Numbered from the stretch's first letter, positions 18,747 through 35,826 are shown. The stretch is 64,000 bases of DNA from Amoebidium appalachense (GCA_963693365.1 CAVNZM010000004.1:3772047-3836046), one strand, 5' to 3'. Notes: generated by a model from the sequence alone, not told the origin. Translations and numbers: made by a program.

Positions 18747-20002
18747 AGAGGAGGGGAGAGGAAGGGGGGGGGAGGTGGGGGGAGAATAGAGAGAGAGAGC
18801 ACAGAAGAATCTTCGGCAAGTCACCAGCCTAAGGCACTTAGGAGCAGGGGTTTTCGGTGGGGGGTGCCTAGTGCTATTTAGGCGGGATGTGAGGGTGGGG
18901 TTGGGGTGTGTATGTGTGTTTGATACAGTGTGTGTGCCACAGGAGAGGCAAAGACGAGATGGGTGGCCTCGAGAATGAGGTGTTGAGCGAGTGGTGGCAG
19001 GCTGTAATAGATAGTGTAAATGTAGTAACAGGAATGCAACCAATTATCGCGCGTGCCTCTACTAGGGTTCGCACTGTGGAAGGGGAAAGGGGATGAGAGG
19101 GGGAGGGGAGGGAGGTGAGTGGAGAGGGGGGCATGGGGAGGGGGGAGGGGGGGGTGTGAAGGGGGGGGGGGGGGGGGGGAGGGGGGGGGGGGGGGGGGGG
19201 AAGGGGGGGAGGGGGGGAGGGAGAGGGGAGGGAGAAGGGAGTATTGCGGAAGGATTGGGTGGAAAAGGCGAGATGAATAATCGGGGTGCAAGTAACAAGC
19301 GAAGTTTGGTGTAAGAAACAAGAGATTCTGGAGTTAGGAGTAGGTGTTGATTCTGGTGTGTCATCGTGTCGATTGTGAACGCGTGGGCGTAAAGGGATGG
19401 ATGTTTGCAAACGCCCACAAGTGTCCTCTGTATTTTCCTACCCTACTTCTTTTTTCTCTTCTTCTTCTTGTTTTTCTTTCTTTCTTTCTTTGGGTTCTCG
19501 TGTGTGTCTGGCCGGTGTGGTTGCTGGGAGGTAAAGTGGTGTACTGGTTGGGCTTGCTTGTGTGTGTGTGTGTTTGTGTGTGGGAAAGGGGGTGGGGAAG
19601 GGGGGGGGGGGGGGGGGGGGGGGGGGGGATGAGGTTGTTAAAACTCAACAGGAAATCTTATATTCACTTCACTTCAGTCCCTCCCCCCCCCTCCACGCCC
19701 GGCCCCCCCCCCTAAAACAACCCGTACCCAATCCCTCTTTTGCATGACCTCCCCCCCGCCCCCTCCCCTATTCGAAACGGCCAGACTCTCTCTCTCTCCC
19801 CCTCCCTCCCCTCTCCCCCCCCCCGCCCCCCTCCCCCCCTCCTCCCTCCCCCCCCCCCTTCTTCCCCCCCTCCCCCTAACCCCCCTAAGAAGCTAATGCT
19901 GTAAACTCCGGAGGGGTTTAAACGTGGTGTAAACGTACTTTGTTCAGGAGACAGCGACAACTGCCCTTTTTTACGTCTCTGTGCAGCCCTTTTTTTCTTC
20001 AT
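16309..20002 (-). pseudogene. F-box/LRR family copy 3 (several stops and frameshifts)
   Basis: The main exon 18113-16309 follows the acceptor cacacag| and carries the F-box motif LYHLSPELLFMILRKLPTADRLSF. There is an in-frame TGA at 17779-17781 and a TAG at 17767-17769 (TAT in copies 1 and 2). LRR fragments lie in several frames. Putative first exon 20002-19939 (MKKKR..SLSPEQ|gtacgt). Confidence 0.8.
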
Positions 20003-20619
20003 GTTCACGACCCAATGAAGCACAGAAGCACAATAACGACTCTAGAAGGTCGTCGAATTAGTAATGAACATCAACCATCATTCTATGACTCTCTTTTCCC
20101 ACCAGATCATTCCAAGGTGTTAAGCACTGCTGGTGTCCCGCCTTAAACGGACACTACGACGGTGCGCAGCTCGCTTGTTTTTCATGTGTACAGGGCCGGA
20201 GTACTCATAGGGGGCTAACTTAAAAATTTTACTAACCCGAAATATTGCTGATGACGATACCTTCATGGCAAGAACGGTAGAAATACAACTTTGCAGCACA
20301 CGGAGAAGTTGCGTTTTTTTCTTGTGAGGGAGAGGGCGAAGGAAATTCTAATCGCATTCTTTAGGGTTAAAATTGGTGCTTTCTCCACCAATCGAATTCA
20401 ACGACTGTTTGCGCAAATAATTGCGCTATCCTTTTGCGCAGCCTTCAACTCGGGCGCGCTGCCACGGCCCTCTGAAAAAAGCTGCGCATGCCTGCCTGTC
20501 ACAGCTGCTGTGTTCAGAGGGCCTTGGCACAGCTGGCACACGGACGACTGCAAAAACACTTACCGTCGAGCGCACACAATTGAAAATTCTTGAATACATA
20601 TACAAACGCGCACATCCGC

Positions 20620-23175
<2,556 letters not shown>

Positions 23176-23710
23176 TGTGGGAGACGATGTGCATTTGCTT
23201 GGATTACCGTTCTGTGGGACCTCTTGCGCTGCACTATGTTCAGATAGAAAGATCAGGGTTTGGAGTGATCAGCGTGTGGGCAGCAGGAAAAGGCATAGAG
23301 TGTCCTAGCTGGCCTCAGACCTCGTTTTATTTTTGTGTACAGTATGGGTTGTAGTGTCTTTTTTTAACCCTTTTTTTTACCTTTCAAAAACCACCTTTCT
23401 CTTTTCTTGCCTCTCCCCCTCACACCCTCCCTTTCTCCCTCCCTACCTCCCACCCTCCACATCCCTCCTTCTGCTCACAGGGTTTTTTCTCTTTCAATCG
23501 CTCCCTCCCCCCCCTTGCCCCCCCCCCCCCCCCCCCCCCCCCTCTCATCCCCCCCACCTACCCACCCACACATTGACACACACCCTAGCCTCGCCCCCCT
23601 CTTCCGCCTTGCCTTCCCCCTTTCCTCTCTACCTCCCTCCATCCCCCTCCCCCCCCCCCCCCCCCCTCTCTCTCCCTCTCCCTCCCTCTCCCTCTCCCCT
23701 CTCTTTTCTA

Positions 23711-23777
<67 letters not shown>

Positions 23778-23794
23778 CTCTCTTTTTTCCCCTC

Positions 23795-23902
<108 letters not shown>

Positions 23903-24742
23903 CCCCTCCCCCCCCCCCCCCCCCCCCCCATTTCCCTCTCTGGCTTCTGCTCTGTCGTGTAGAATCTCGTATTATTTCTTCTTTTGGTCGAAAATCCAGA
24001 AGTTCTTCACACGGCCCCCTTCCCTCCTTTTCCCCATACGCAAACCTCGTTATGCTCTCTTGTAGACCAAAATGATTGACCACATGCATCACGATATAGT
24101 GCCTGATAAATGTACATACCGGATCGAGATCATAACCGTTGTACATATTACGTAGATTTGAAGGCCTAGGGACTGAAACAAAAACGGTCTAGTCTAGATC
24201 TCGGGACTTCAAGTTGAAATTTGTCATAGTACACAGTTACAGAATGGCCTGGAGTTTCCCTTACGTGTGTGTAAAAGAATTCGAAAATAAATGTTTTGCT
24301 ATTTAACTGTTTTAGGGATTGGTTGTTCATATAGATATAGATGTAATGTGGTTAAATGTTACAAACTTAAAAAATAGTGGTTGCCTGCACAGCGTGGCCC
24401 AAGTAGCCACTGATATGCATATGCCTATTTAGTACAGGTGTAGTCTCCCCCCTTTTTTCCGGCCTCCTCCTGCTCCCCACGGTCTAGGGAAGTTCGAGAG
24501 GGCAGGACACAAAGATTTAGAGAACTCAGATATCGACACAATATACTGGCATGTAACATAGTGGGGCACGTCGAGTGCACATGAACGTGTGCACACAAAC
24601 ACATGTACAGAACACACACACACACACGGAGAGCAAAGGTATACGGTACGTTGTGGTAGGCACACACACACACACGTACCAGTACTTGCACCGCAGCCGC
24701 CTGCCACATGTACACAACACACTGAACAAGCAAGCACACTAG

Positions 24743-24774
<32 letters not shown>

Positions 24775-24973
24775 TTTTCTCTCCTTGATGATTTACCACC
24801 CATAGTGACTCCCAATCCTTCGAACCCACCCGAGTCCCCAATTGGCTGTGGTGACCAGAGCTGCAACATGCCACCACGTTTTTCGGACATGTGCATGCTT
24901 GTTTGTGCACATGTGCAAGTGGGAAGGCTTAGGGGGTAGACGTTTTTTTTTTTTTTTTTTTTTTTTTTTTGGC

Positions 24974-25011
<38 letters not shown>

Positions 25012-25942
25012 TGTGGGTGGGTGGGTGGGGGGGGGGGGGGGGGAAAGGGGAGGGAGGGAGGGGGAATGATGCCCGTAACAAAGCCCTTTCGGATAGGCTA
25101 ATCTTATGGCCTTATAATCAAACGTTCATACGTACATTTTTTGGATTCATTTTGGTGTACATGTATTTTATTTACTAAGCCACCACAACCAAAAACTATC
25201 TTACATTCGATAATGACAGCGGAAATCCTGCAGCATAACCAGTGCTACGGTAACTTTGTGAGGAAAAAACACGTGCAAATTACATCGCCTATGCAGAGTA
25301 AGCCTGACCCCCCCAAAAAAGAAAGAAGAACAGAGGGAAAGCTATATAAACCTCGTGTAAGACATAACACAACCGCAGTTAAGCACAATGTCATACATCA
25401 TACATACCGTAACGTCACACCCAGGTCCGACAATGATACCCGGTTGCTTGTAATTACGGTGCAACACCCACAAACACTCACTAAGATGTACCTAGCCACA
25501 CAACTTCGTAGGGTTTTTAAATTGTAAACCCTTCTACACAAAAAGCAGACGTACAGAGACGTTCTGGCATTCCCCTGCAACAGACGAGCATATTATTTAC
25601 AAAAAATGTAGAAGGCCGGGAAAAGATGTGGTCCAGGACAAATAAGAAACCTGAAAAGGCCATAATGGCAACATATAAAATTTTATAATCCCAAATATCT
25701 TACACAACAGTAACATATTAGTAGGACTTAAATCCATTCGATAATATTGCCTACCTACCAGCAACAACCACCCGTGCTACGTTACCCCCCCTCCCCCCCC
25801 CCCCCCCCACCCACCCAAAAAAACGTGTTGGTGTGTGTGTGTGTGACTCAGTGTCGGACACTGACTGTGGCTGTGTGTGTGCTGGTGGTGGTGTGGGGTG
25901 GGGAATGGGGTGGGATGGGGTGGGGGGTGGGGTGTGTGGGGT

Positions 25943-26029
<87 letters not shown>

Positions 26030-26692
26030 ATACACCATGCAAAGCTGTCACTGCTGCAGGCAGGGCACCACCAAGCATAGTATTACCAGTTTCATATGTT
26101 TTTGTTGCTTTTCATGTTTGCTACATTCAGCACAGCTGAGCGGAAAAAGAACAGCAGATGCACGCGTTGACGCACGGCACCTTCTGTTGATCTTACTACT
26201 AGCACGCACGCGAGCATACTATATGTAATTTCGGATTCGGGGCGCTTATTTGCCAATCAAAAGAGAGAAAAAACTAACAAAATCTATGTGGTTTTAGACA
26301 CAACAAGACGATCCCACAACCCACCCCAAATTTCATAAAATATATATCTATTTTCTTGATTAAAGGCACACATTTGCAAGGAGGTAAAGTATGGCCACTG
26401 TTCACTTCACAACCGTGCCATGCCCGCCTTGTGTTTTCAACCATCTTTAACCGAGTGCATGTGTGCACTTATACGTGCGCGCGTGCCGTGTGCAATGTAT
26501 GCATATACACTACGTGAATCGTGCTTATGATACACATGATATATGTACTGCATAAACGTGCTGATTTGTTACTCATTCGAAGCTGCACCTACCCTTTTTT
26601 CATCAAGAGAGGCGGCTGAAATGTTTGTTATAGGTATGGTATCATATGCATAATGCAATAAAAAAACCAGCGAATCACACATGGTCTCACCC

Positions 26693-26989
26693 TTACGGCT
26701 TTGTGAACATGAAGAGGTTGGTGGTGGCCGCAATGGCAACCAGGTTCTCCTGCAGACAGAAAAGATAAAACGTAAGCATTGCACGAGAATAATGAGACTG
26801 GATTTAATCTTTTGGGCAATGCCCCACAAAGAGAGGCAACTGTGTGGCATGTGTGTGACGTGGCGTTGAAAAAGATGCGGGCGCCGGTGTGTGTGTGTGT
26901 GTGTTTGGGGGGGAATGTGCTGTTTATCAACGAAGTGTGTGCGCGCATGTGTGTGCACGCGTCTGTGAGGTTGTTGGCTGGTTGGTTGG

Positions 26990-27028
<39 letters not shown>

Positions 27029-27120
27029 GGGAGGGAGTTTGTCTCAGAAAGAAGAAATTGTGTGGCATGTGTGTGTGTGTGTGTGTGGTGGTTGGCCGGT
27101 AGTTTGGTTTTTCTTTGTTG

Positions 27121-27164
<44 letters not shown>

Positions 27165-28752
27165 CGCCCCGAGTGGTGGTGGTGGTGGTGGTGGTGGTGG
27201 TGGTGGTGGTGGTGGTGGTGGTGGTGGTGGTGGGGGGGGGGGGGGGGGGGGGGGGGGGGGTGGGTGTGTGTGTGCGCGCGCGTGTGTGGAAATGGAGACA
27301 TACCTGGGGGTGGAATGCCGAGTGCAGGATCTTCCTGTTGAAGTCCATGTTGCCCACCGCAATGTCCGTCTTGCTGCCCTTCTTCTCCCCACCACTCACC
27401 TGCACACACCACGTCAGTTGCACACCTACAACACAACCACGACAGACCTAATGACATCATACATCTGAACTTGCTAAGCCTCATAATCGCTATTTGCCAT
27501 GTGCACCCAACATAGTTGGGCCAGTAACATGCCGTTACCTGTAGTCTTAGCAGGCACCGTCGTTATTAGCGATTAATAAATGAACAAATTCATTAATAAC
27601 TTATACCAACCACTGCTTCTCCATTTCAGCGTCTGGACGCTGACGAGCCGAGAGCCACATTTCTCAAATCATTAGCCGCGTCTCACCAATCAAGAGACTC
27701 AATCAAATTGTGTCACATTGCCGATGTCGACATACGACATAGCCTTTCGCGCCCTTTTCAGGGCGACACGGCCTCATGGAATTTGTGCACAAAATGACAT
27801 CACCAGTGTGGCTCGCCGCCAAGAGGCTAAAATGGAAGTAGCGGTGGTTGCTTAATACCAACAAAGCAAACCAACCACTACGTTCACGTAGTCTTGGGCA
27901 AGCACCGTACAAATGTCATCCCCCCCCCCCCCCCAAAAAAAACCCCCCTTTCCTTCTCCTCCCCCTATTAACATGTGCACACATACACCCACACCCACAC
28001 CCACATCCCCCCCCCCCCCCCCCCCCCCCCCACAATACACACCCACCCACCGTCCCACCCACCAAACCCACACCCGTCCACAGTAACCAACACCCACCTT
28101 GATTGCCGGCAAGGGGGACTTCTTCTTCTGTGTCTTTGCCTCGAGTGTAACCTCCGTGTTCGTCTCCCTGTCAAACACGTGGAACAGGTGGTGGTAGGAG
28201 CCCGTCATGATGTAGCGGTCGTCGTGGCTCCAGCTGCACTCAAATTTGTCGAAGATGCAGTCGTTTTCATACAGGTCGCACAGGGAGCTGCGCAGGTACT
28301 CGTGCACTTGGAACGTGTGCACGGGGCCCTTGTCCATGTTGATGTCCCACACCTTGACCGTCATGTAGTCGCGAGACGCAATGTACCGCCCTGTGGGAAA
28401 GAGGAAGGTGTGTGTTAGTAGGGATTTGGAACGTGTTGGAGAGTGAAAAGTGCACATACAGGACGCAACGATGGAAACACGATATGGAAGCTGCAGAGCA
28501 CTCAGAGTTACTGAGAATGAATGTGCGTGTACGTAAGCAAGTACCATGCAGACACGGGCTTCCTTTGATCCTTTTCTCTTTTTTTTTTTTTTCCCCAGAC
28601 AATCTTTCGTCTGCTTAGTCTAACAACCCTCTCTTACTCCTCCCAGGCAAAACACAATACGACACACGGACGCACATACAAACACCCCCTCCCCTCACTC
28701 CCCCCCCCCCCCCCCCCCCCCCCCACACACACCCAACACACATATGCCCCCC

Positions 28753-28783
<31 letters not shown>

Positions 28784-30377
28784 ACGAACACACATTACCG
28801 ACACATACCTGCACGTGTACGCACCTGCACATGACCACTCACCCACCGACACGCATCCGCGCATACATATATTCATACACACACACCTACATGTACGTGT
28901 ACACACCCCCACACACCCACGAACCATTGCCACCATGAAACACACAAGTGCACACACAAACCTGCCCGCACTCATAGTACAGCGTCTGTCTACACCATCC
29001 AACATCACACTTAAAGCTATGATCACACACTGAGTATATCACAACGTATGTCCACGAAACTACTACCAACACATCTACCCATGTATTACACCACCAAACT
29101 CCCCCCAGCAGGTCTACCTATACTTACCCCTATCCCACCTTATCCCCCTGCCCATCCCAAATTTACCCATTACGCCACCACAGCCGCCACAATCCCAACC
29201 ATATCTAACATTTCTAACCATATTCAACCTTATCCCACCAATCCTAACAGCTTTTCGAAATTTTCTCATTAAACAACCACAAAGCCTCCACATTCCCACC
29301 CATACCTACTACCCGCCTTCCATGCTAAACACACAAACACACAAACACACACACACACACAGAGCACTCACCGTTGTTGCTGAATTTGACATCCGTAATC
29401 GACGAGATAATCTCGGAGAAGAAAGACTTTTGGCTCGGGTCCTCCGGCTCGTCAAACACTGCAACAATACAGTCCGTCAAAACCCCCCATATCCACTGAC
29501 CTACTCATATCTGGTACGAACATTTTGAAATGGCACGGGAATTTCAGCAGCATATAACCAAACAAGACATTGGCATGAACGGGTATCACCTCCCCACAAT
29601 TCACACGATACAGGCAAATACATATCCTGACCCAGCTCCCCCTAAAAAAAAACCCCATGCACACACACACACACCCACAAAGGACGTACCCACCATGCAT
29701 TCATAAAACAACACACGCCAAGCACGCACACAGTCCACAATACATAAAGACATGCACAAATACACGTGCACACACCAGGCACGAACAGTCCACACCTCCC
29801 ATCACCACACTCTCCGTCGTTCATATGCACCCATGTGCACCTGAACACCGTCAACTCACCCTTTGTGTGGCGGTCACACAGGGCAGCTGCACGTGTGTCA
29901 CCGAGCTTGATATTGCCCTTGCTGCTGCTGTACATAAACACGTTGCATGATGTAGGGTGGAACTCAGCCGCTGGATGACGAGAAACAAGGTTAGATACAT
30001 GTAGCTGGGTTCATTGATTAGAAATGAACCCATAGCTATGCATTACGCACAAAAGGAAACAAAGAAAGAAAAGATCATGAACTTGCATTTCTAGTAGGTT
30101 TCTAGGTGCCCCCCCCCCCCTCCTCCCTGGGCTAATGCATTTGATGCATAGAAAGTGTTCCGACACCACACAATATCAGATCCTAGCCCGACCGTGCGCA
30201 GCTTAGTGACAACACATTGATGCCCTTGCCCAGGCCAAAAGTACCCAATAACGCACATGCAGAGAAACAATTACAATAGTGTAGGAATGACGGTGTGTGC
30301 TGTTCCTTTTTGGTGTGTGTGTGTGTGTGTGTGTGTGTTTTTTTCCTTTTTTTTTCCCTTTTTTTTTTTTTTTTCTT

Positions 30378-30410
<33 letters not shown>

Positions 30411-30482
30411 GACAAAACAGGTTTGGTATACACGCGCACTTTTTTGTGTGTGTTTGTTTGTGTGCATGCATATGTGTTGAAA

Positions 30483-30515
<33 letters not shown>

Positions 30516-30686
30516 CTCTTCTACCTGTGATGACCTCTGCAAGTTCCTCCATGTTTGCCGGCTTAATGTCGACAATCACTGTATCTGGTCAAGGCAAATA
30601 ACATGGCAACAAAAAAAAAGAACAAGCATGTGCCCCCTACACGAGCACACCCCGTTGGCTCAGCCCCCAAATCATCCAACCTCCCC

Positions 30687-30717
<31 letters not shown>

Positions 30718-31975
30718 AAACACACACAAACCCACCCACACAAGCCCCCTTTTCGCCAATGCTACGGCCACACACCAAAGCCCCCCCCTGCCCCCGAGGA
30801 AAAAAAAAACACACCCTACCCCTCAAGCATAATCACTGGTTGCATTCCTGCATTCATGCATGCTCCCTCCCCCCTTCCCTCCCCTTCTCACTCCCACTCC
30901 CCCCCCTGTCGCGCGCCCACGCAGGTCCACCACCACCAAACACAGGTTTGAGCATGGATACTGAAGCTTTCCTTGTTGTTGCCGATGCTCCAAAGGTTGA
31001 TGCGGAGGTCATCGGCAGACAGGAAGGTCTCCTCGTCGGAGTTGACTGGAAAGCGGATGGGATCAAACTATTAGCTATATTTCATCTTTATGTTACAATA
31101 TACAGAGGTGTGCATGTTCAAACAAGCAGGGCCACTATGATTTCAATCTTCAGTTATAGATGTTGTTGCAAAAATTGTGCCCTGTGTACCCACTGCTATG
31201 ACCACAGGAACGGGAACATCCATACCGCCACACGGACCAAGTAAGGCCAAAAAAGAAAAGAAGAAAGACATGGAGAAGAGAGAGCCTGCACACTCTCTCT
31301 CTCGTTTCTTTTTTACAAACAACCGTGTACACGTTGGCATGACCACTGACACGAGAGCATGCATATGCGCATGAGAAGCACTCGCATAAACAGAAACATC
31401 TCGGTGCGAAAGGGACATGTGCAGGTGTGTGTAATGGGTGTAGGGGTGTTTCAGTATGGTGGCCTGCAAGCATAGGTGCTCGTGTGTTTGTGCATGTGAG
31501 CTCGTGTCCGCAAGCACGCTTCGGTGTCCGTGCGCTTTGGCAAGTGCTTAAGGGGATGGTGTGTGCGTGTATGTGTGTGTGTGTGGTGGTGGTGGTGCGG
31601 GAGGGGGGTAGGAAAGGTGGAGAAGGAGAGAGTCAGAGGAAGGGGGGAACAGAATGACCAAATAGGAAAGAGGAAAAACATAGTGCATGATGGTCTTGAG
31701 CACCCACCTGAGATGGAGTTGATGTGGTAGGCATGTGCGTTGGCATACACCCTCCGGGGGATGGCTGCATACACTGTGTCCTCGTGCTGTGCAGAAAAAA
31801 CCCCGTTACTAGCCAATTGGTGTATTCGTATCCACGTCGCGGATATTACATGCTCAGTAGCCGAATGGTCATAGACTATACGTCGAGAGGTTTTGTTTCC
31901 AGCAATGATAGAGAACCCAATATAAGTTAGACCTTACCCCAAGGCCCACGCTTCACCTAGGAACCCTCCCCTCCA

Positions 31976-32008
<33 letters not shown>

Positions 32009-34313
32009 GGGCCAAAAAGGGCGTAACCGCACCAAGAAGTACTTAAGGCCAGCATACAAGCAGGAACATACCGAGAGCTTGGGGACTTTCAGGTTTAGGA
32101 CACCCTGGCGGATACCGCTGCGCTCCTCCGGGAAATTCACGTTGCTGATCGAGTGCATCTGCTTCTCGTAGATCTTCCACAGCTTGATGGTCTTGTCTGT
32201 GCACACACACACATTACTTGAGAACAAGGCATTAAAGCAATCGTATGCGCATGCCAGTCAATCCAGGGGAATGTAGAAACATTATGACCGGATAGGGATG
32301 TGCCAACAAAACTAGTGTCCCGCCAACAGGAGGGAGTGTTGTGTGTACTAAGGTGGATGTGCGCTGTGCTTGTGTGTGTCGGTAGAAAAGGCTCTGCCCC
32401 TAAATGCTTCCACCCTGCCTCCCCCCCCCCCCCCCCCAAAAAAAAGTACACTGCCTCCATCTTCTCATTTTCTTTAATCCCGAAAAAACAGATCACCAGA
32501 CAGTTAAATCTGGGTGGCACAGGTGTAAATTGTGTATGTGTATGCAAATGCACTTGAGGAAGAGGGGGGAGGGGGGTTTAGGAGCACACTAAGCAAAGAG
32601 CATAGGAGGAATGCAAATGGGGGACAGGTGTGTACAGCGAAAAAGAGGATAAATGTATGCAGGTACACATCTTTTTGTCTCGTGCGTATGAATGTGGCGG
32701 TTGAATGCAGCCCAATCCCGTGTGGGGCCATAGTGGATAATCATAGCCAATCCCATGTTACTCCCATAAACCCAGTCCAGCACACAACCATATACCATAT
32801 CTGGGCACCAACTCCCCTCAACCCAAGTACACCCCGGCCCTTACCATTTGTAGACAGGAGGAACCGCGCCTGGTTTGTGCGCTTCAACCACTTAATGCGG
32901 TTAATTTTCTCCTCGATCTCCAAACTCTTAAGATAGTCGAACTCGGCTTCATGGCTCTGAAACTCAGTGTAGAACTGGTACTCGGCAAACTTCTCCGTCT
33001 GAGAAAAGCAGTGTGTTAACACCTGCAACCAACATCACATCTATTCCTGAGGTATCCGATATCAAAGAACAGCATATGTCAGCCCTCCATGTGAACACAG
33101 GCAACTAACAACACCGCTTGCTCCAACAACACCGTTATTCATAAAGTAGCGAAAGATGGCTTACGCAGAAAAGTTACACCTCTCCCGAGACTATTTTTGT
33201 GTTGCATTAACCTCCCAGGTGTCCACGGTCACCAAGGTCCCAAGCAACTCAGACCTACACTTGTCATACAACTACACACCCAAAAGCTAACTATCTAACC
33301 CGTCCGAATAGTGTTTGCGGACAAGCGTGTGTGCATGTATGCCTTGTCTTTGCAGGCCTGTGGGCGGATCGTAGACAAGTATTAGCGTGTTCCTGAGAGA
33401 CAAGAGGTAGTCTTTCAACCAAAGCGGCAAGCATAACCGCGGAGACACGTTTCATAAGATCATACCGTGTTGAAGGTGTGGACACTTACATAGGGGTCGC
33501 GCTCAAAAAGCACAACACGGCCTCCCTTGTCACCTGTAGCCAGGAACTCGCCCGTGTGGTCGAACTCAACCGCAGAGATGATGTCCACTGCATCAAATAG
33601 TTGCAAATGAGTGTCGCTCTTATTATAATTGCCGTCATGATGCTCTACCACTGCACCGAATGTCGTGTATTACGGTGCATCAAAGCAACTGAACAATCTT
33701 ATGTGCAGAAATTCTAAAAGGTGTGAGCAGCATTTCAAATAGATCAAAAATTATTACACTGCATGGTGTGTGTGAAGCATTCTCTGACATGTGGAGCACG
33801 AGAAGGTGTGTTGCAATAAGATAAGATAAATGGTACACGATGAGTTGCCGCCCGTACAGCCGTCGAACTCTCCAAGACTGCCTAGGTGGGTATGCCGCAT
33901 CTCAGGCCACCCCACCTACTCAAACCAACCACCCAGGTGCCAGCTAAATGTTGCTTTATTGGAGAACTAAACAGAATTGTTGGCCTGTTTGACCATGATA
34001 GCTCGCCACGTAGTCCACTCTGGATCTAAACTATCATATAATACTTTATCCTTGAACTTGCCAAAATTGCTTCGGTAGGTCGGCTACGAAGAAGAACTGA
34101 AACAACACAATCTCTGTAGCCATCGTCGTACGGAAGCTGTGATTATCGAATATGGTTAAAGTTAAAAAAAAGAAACCGTTTGTGTATCTATTGGATTGAC
34201 GTGGATAACAACGGATGCATGAAAGAAAAGCTACCTTCCGTAATATCCTCGACGTTTCCCTTGTCGCCGAAAACCTGATGGAACCTCCATCCGCTATCCT
34301 CCGCAGCGGCCAT
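26693..34313 (-). CDS. PPP2R2: Protein phosphatase 2A 55-kDa regulatory subunit B (B55/PR55/Cdc55), 12 exons, 438 aa
   Basis: Exons: 34313-34235, 33587-33490, 32998-32845, 32196-32072, 31786-31708, 31045-30962, 30578-30525, 29970-29860, 29458-29372, 28390-28098, 27399-27304, 26749-26693. They sum to 1317 nt, all introns are GT-AG and phases are consistent. Hallmarks: [85 protein letters not shown]. Confidence 0.97.
27607..27850. mobile_element. MITE-like element with ~25-bp imperfect terminal inverted repeats, in B55 intron 10
   Basis: The left end caaccactgcttctccatttcagc is the inverted complement of the right end gctaaaatggaagtagcggtggttg. Internal blocks match the reverse complement of 63634-63887. 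Confidence 0.7.
30579..30961 (-). other. Putative U12-type (minor spliceosome) GT-AG intron
   Basis: The 5' end is GTATCCAT (U12 consensus RTATCCTT). The branch site CCTTGAC lies at 30594-30588, with only 10 nt between its A and the intron end. There is no polypyrimidine tract. Confidence 0.75.
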
Positions 34314-35168
34314 TTTGATTTATTGAAAATGCAAGGAATATGGGTTCATCTACGGCTATCCTCTCTCTATAATTCAGCACCAGCTCTCTGGATGAAAGCT
34401 GGGCTCCTCAAGATTCTAGCGATTCCTACAGCGGAAACTAGCGGTCCAGAAAAAAAAAATTTGCAGCGACGAAAACAATCCAAACTGACAACCAAACAAG
34501 AAGCGGATTTTTCACCTAACGAATATTTGCGAATATTCGCTCCGCCTGTTACACGTTTTTGATTGGATGATTATACCTGGTGACGAGACTTCACATTCCA
34601 CTCTTCGGGGGATTCAAATAAAACTAATTAAACTGAAAACATTTACAACCTTTCCTTATTGTTAAAGATAATATATGTTTATGCAAAATAGAATGCACAA
34701 AATTACGGAGAATATTTTTAAGTTTTTTTATGCTTTGTTGATAGGGATTTGTTTTTAGTAAGTCTTCAATCATTCACGATTTAAGGAGAGCTGCAATATT
34801 CAGACCCCAATTTTGTGAGCCATCCTGGAAACTCTAGCAGGTCTGATAATGGCTCACGAGCCAAGAAAACCGATTGGCGGAAAAAGCACCGCTTTGGAAC
34901 TAAGAGTAACGTCACCAGCACCAGTTGAAAACGCAGTAGGCCGTCAAGGGAGCCCTGACGATGTCCGCAGCAATACAAAGTGCATAAACCCCAGTTGGAA
35001 CTTGGAGTGCCCGGGGTGTCTCGAAGTTTCTTGTTTCTTTTGGTCACAGACTTCGCAAATCGGGGAGTAACTGTACTAATCTTTAGTCTGCTAGTTTATA
35101 TACGTGGCCTTTGTTGAGTAAATATGCCATGCACACCTTTAGAAGGGGTGTCGATGGTTTGACATAGC

Positions 35169-35340
35169 GAGAATATTGAACATGCAAGGTGTGGTTGAGT
35201 GCGTAAATCCGGATGATCCCCAGCTTCGCTAGGAACTGCAGTTCTGGCTAATAGTAATGGTATTAGTTAGAATTGCACGAGTAGGTTCTTGAAAACGGAA
35301 AAGCTTGAAGGAAGCTTTGTGAGAATATTGAACATGCAAG
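35169..35340. repeat. Perfect 20-bp direct repeat gagaatattgaacatgcaag
   Basis: Copies at 35169-35188 and 35321-35340. Confidence 0.85.
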
Positions 35341-35826
35341 TTGTGTCTGACGCCGACTTTTCCTGCTGCTGTTGGCCGACTTTCCTGCTGCTCTTGGCAG
35401 CTGTTGTTCCCTTGTACGCCTTGGGTCGTCAAGCTGAAGAAAGGAGTGCATCTACACGTGGTGAAGAAGGGCATATGTCATTGCCCGCTGGCCAAAGTAT
35501 GTTGAGGCACCCCTCGATATTTTTATCTTGATGTTCCTACGGCTTTGAGGGTGCTTGTGGGGCTAACGAAGAGGCTTGGGCGTGCGTAGTGGCTTGGTAG
35601 GGGAGGGAAGTTGCGGAGAACGTGGAATTGAGAGTGGGCTCGGGGTGGGAGAGGAGGAGAGGGGGTTGGAAGGGATGGTGGTGAAGGGGGGGGGAGGAAG
35701 GGAGATGGGCACGCGGGAGGTTCGGAATTTATCTGAAGGCTGCTAACTGGCTTAAAGAGATGTACTAAAGCATTTATTTTCAACAAAGTTTGCACGGTAT
35801 GATAGTGTCATGCGGCCTGGCACCAC

